Positions 27,126-29,696 of a stretch of DNA of 29,696 bases are shown here, piece by piece. Source of the DNA: Phreatobacteraceae bacterium (GTDB taxonomy: Bacteria; Pseudomonadota; Alphaproteobacteria; Rhizobiales; JBDHTH01); contig JBDHTH010000001.1 of assembly GCA_039808545.1 (NCBI GenBank), positions 1-29,696 on the forward strand, given 5' to 3'. A model generated the notes under the pieces. That model saw nothing but the letters and a program-made list of their open reading frames with translations, did no database searches and had not been told where the DNA came from. The position numbers and the translations under genes are program-made. Positions within the stretch are counted from its first letter, which is position 1, and every line of letters begins with the position of its first letter.

Positions 27126-27974
27126 ATGCGGCTCGGTCTGGCCGAGATCGATGGCGTGCGCGCTCTGGTCGCGCCGAAGGGAGAGGGCATCGTGCGGCTC
27201 GGCGGCGACCTGCCGGCCGACCCCCTTGCAATCCTTACGGATCCCGCGCTGCGTCGGCGCGCCGAGGCCGCCATCGCCGCCGCGCCGGTCGAGGCGAAGA
27301 CCGTCCGGCTGCTGCCGCCGCTCGCCGCCTTCGGCAAGATCGTCTGCGTCGGCCTGAACTATGCCGACCACGCCGCCGAAAGCCCCTATGACCGGCCGAA
27401 ATTCCCGGTCTTCTTCCTGCGTGTCGACACCGGCGTGATCGGTCCGAACGACCCGATCATCCGCCCTCAGGTCTCCGACCATCTCGATTTCGAGGCCGAG
27501 ATGGCGATCGTCCTCGGCAAGGGCGGGCGTCGCATCGCGGAGGCCGAGGCGCTTTCCCATGTCGCAGCCTACACCGTCTTCAACGACGGCTCGATCCGCG
27601 ACTGGCAGTTCAAGGGCCCGCAATGGACGCTGGGCAAGAACTTCGACAACACCGCGCCGATCGGTCCGTTCCTGGTCTCGGCCGACGAGGTGCCGGCCGG
27701 CGGCAAGGGCCTGAGGATCACGACCCGCCTCAACGGCGCGACCGTCCAGGACGCCAACACGGACGACCTGCTGTTTCCGATCCCGGAGCTGATCGCCCGC
27801 ATCTCCGAGGCGATGACGCTGAAGACGGGCGACGTGATCGTCACCGGCACACCGGCCGGCGTCGGCTTCGCGCGCAAGCCGCCGCTGTTCATGAAGGCCG
27901 GCGATGTCTGCGAGGTCGAGCTCGAAGGCGTGGGCAAGCTCGTCAACCCGATCGTCGACGAGGTGGTTGCATGA
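27126..27974 (+). CDS. Fumarylacetoacetate (FAA) hydrolase family protein
   Basis: KIVCVGLNY.DH, DFEAE, NDGSIRDWQ, GKNFD and GDVIVTGTPAGVG. Confidence 0.93.
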   Translation: MRLGLAEIDGVRALVAPKGEGIVRLGGDLPADPLAILTDPALRRRAEAAIAAAPVEAKTVRLLPPLAAFGKIVCVGLNYADHAAESPYDRPKFPVFFLRVDTGVIGPNDPIIRPQVSDHLDFEAEMAIVLGKGGRRIAEAEALSHVAAYTVFNDGSIRDWQFKGPQWTLGKNFDNTAPIGPFLVSADEVPAGGKGLRITTRLNGATVQDANTDDLLFPIPELIARISEAMTLKTGDVIVTGTPAGVGFARKPPLFMKAGDVCEVELEGVGKLVNPIVDEVVA

Positions 27975-29696
27975 GCGCCGCGCCGCTGCGCATCGCCGCC
28001 GATGTCGGCGGCACGTTCACGGATGTCGCCGTCTTCGACGAGGCGACCGGCGCGATCCGGCTCGGCAAGACGCTGACGACGCCCGCGAGCCTGATCGCCG
28101 GCATGGCCCATGGGGTGGAGAAGGCGGAGGCGCGCTTCGCCGATGCCGGCCTCTTCCTGCACGGCACGACGGTCGCGATCAACGCGCTGCTCGAGCGCAA
28201 GGGCGCGAAGACCGCGCTCGTCACCACGAAGGGCTTCCGCGACATCTACGAGATCGGCCGCATCAACCGGCCCGAAGCCTACAACCTCTTCTTCAAGAAG
28301 CACCGGCCGCTGGTCGAGCGCGCGTTGCGCATCGAGGTCGATGAGCGCATGGACGCCGCCGGGGAGGTGCTGCGGCCCCTCGACGACGCCGAGATCGCCC
28401 GCGTCGCCGAGGCGCTGAGGGCGGAGAAGGTCGACGCGGTCGCCGTCCTCTTCCTGCATTCCTATCGCAACCCGGCGCATGAGATCCGCGCCCGCGACCT
28501 TCTGGCGAAGCTGCTGCCGGACGTCTTCGTCACGGCTTCGCATGAGCTCTCTCAAGAGTATCGCGAGTTCGAGCGCTCCTCCACGGTCGCTGCCAACGCC
28601 TATATCGGCCCCACCGTCACGCGCTACCTGGCCGAAGCCGAACAGGTGCTGGACGGGCTCGACTTTGCCGGCAAATTCCTCATCGTCCAGTCGACCGGCG
28701 GCCTCTACGACGCCGCGCAGGCGAGCCGGGAGTGCATCCGAATGCTCGAATCCGGCCCCGCCGCCGGTGTTATCGGCACGCGGGCGCTATGCGCCGAGAT
28801 CGGGTTGAAGAGTGCCATCGCGTTCGACATGGGCGGCACCACCGCCAAGGCCGGCGTCATCCTCGATGGCACCGAGCTGACCGCTAACCAGGTGATGGTC
28901 GGCGGCTATGCCGAGGGGCTGCCGATCCAGATCCCGATGATCGATATCGAGGAGGTCGGCACCGGCGGCGGTTCTATCGCGCGGCTTGTCCACGGGCAGA
29001 TGCGCGTCGGGCCGGAGAGCGCCGGCGCCGTGCCCGGACCGGTCTGCTACGGTGGCGGGGGTACGGAGCCGACCGTCACGGACGCCAACCTGCTGCTCGG
29101 CCGCCTCGCGCCCGACCTGTTCCTCGGCGGCGAGATGGCGCTCGATGTCGAAGGGGCCGAAAGGGCGATGCGCGAGAAGGTCGCTGATCGCCTCGGTCTC
29201 ACCGTCGCGGAAGCGGCCGACGGCGTCATCCGCATCGCGGTCACCCAGATGGCCAATGTCGTGAAGCGCGTGACCACGGCGCGCGGCCTCGACGCGCGCG
29301 ACTTCGCGATGGTCGCCTATGGCGGGGCCGGGCCGCTCCACGCCGTTCTCGTGGCGCGCGAGCTGCAGATCCCGCGCGTCGTCATCCCGAACGCGCCCGG
29401 CCATTTCTCGGCCTATGGCATGCTGGTCTCGGACCTGCGCCGCGACTTCGTCCGAACCCTCTTTGCCCGCCTTGCGGAGGCGCCCTTCGACACGTTCGAC
29501 GCGATCTTCACCGAAATGGAGGCCAAGGGCCGCGCGGAGATCGGCGCCGCCGCGCCGGGCCGGCTCGACATCGCGGTCAAATACGCCGCCGACATGCGCT
29601 ATGTCGGGCAGGAGCACGCGGTGACGGTGGAGGTGCCGGAGGCGGCGTTCCGCGACCGCGACGTCGCCGCGATCAAGGCGGCCTTCGACGCCGTCC
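27971..29696 (+). CDS. Hydantoinase/oxoprolinase A subunit (HyuA/N-methylhydantoinase A-like), 3'-truncated by the window end
   Basis: ATGA overlap. MSAAPLRIAADVGGTFTD, HGTTVAINALL, ESGPAAG, DMGGTTAK, VGTGGGS, EPTVTDA and AYGGAGPLHA. There is no stop before the end, so it is absent from the ORF track. Confidence 0.93.
   Translation, partial: MSAAPLRIAADVGGTFTDVAVFDEATGAIRLGKTLTTPASLIAGMAHGVEKAEARFADAGLFLHGTTVAINALLERKGAKTALVTTKGFRDIYEIGRINRPEAYNLFFKKHRPLVERALRIEVDERMDAAGEVLRPLDDAEIARVAEALRAEKVDAVAVLFLHSYRNPAHEIRARDLLAKLLPDVFVTASHELSQEYREFERSSTVAANAYIGPTVTRYLAEAEQVLDGLDFAGKFLIVQSTGGLYDAAQASRECIRMLESGPAAGVIGTRALCAEIGLKSAIAFDMGGTTAKAGVILDGTELTANQVMVGGYAEGLPIQIPMIDIEEVGTGGGSIARLVHGQMRVGPESAGAVPGPVCYGGGGTEPTVTDANLLLGRLAPDLFLGGEMALDVEGAERAMREKVADRLGLTVAEAADGVIRIAVTQMANVVKRVTTARGLDARDFAMVAYGGAGPLHAVLVARELQIPRVVIPNAPGHFSAYGMLVSDLRRDFVRTLFARLAEAPFDTFDAIFTEMEAKGRAEIGAAAPGRLDIAVKYAADMRYVGQEHAVTVEVPEAAFRDRDVAAIKAAFDAV

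Overview
High-GC bacterial DNA, probably Alphaproteobacteria/Hyphomicrobiales (inferred from gene content and style). It is densely coding, with 30 CDS, two of them truncated by the window edges. I found no rRNA, tRNA, CRISPR array or mobile element. Five modules: (1) 1-5359 (+): beta-decarboxylating dehydrogenase, Gfo/Idh/MocA oxidoreductase, TRAP transporter and SMP-30 lactonase, probably for catabolism of an organic or sugar acid. (2) 5520-10190 (-): SDR, BCCP, biotin carboxylase, PxpB-like, PxpC-like and a second BCCP-like protein lacking the biotinyl lysine. Together these resemble a split urea-carboxylase-type enzyme. (3) 10353-22995: two Nac-like LysR regulators, an RraA/HMG aldolase, a Gfo/Idh/MocA enzyme, a Mas1/MocC-like SDR, a class I aminotransferase, a Pot-type ABC transporter and a second pxpBC pair with a divergent pxpA. 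A repeated CATA(A/G)G-N7-NAT box links modules 2 and 3. (4) 23132-26852 (-): N-formylglutamate amidohydrolase-like protein, QEGLA/MATCAP-like metallopeptidase and a divergent GshB-like ATP-grasp ligase, a candidate peptide ligation/removal system. (5) 27126-end (+): FAH-family hydrolase and hydantoinase/oxoprolinase A subunit behind a sigma70-like promoter with operator-like repeats. The strongest candidates for undescribed biology are modules 2+3 and module 4. All calls come from reading the sequence by eye; no database searches were run.
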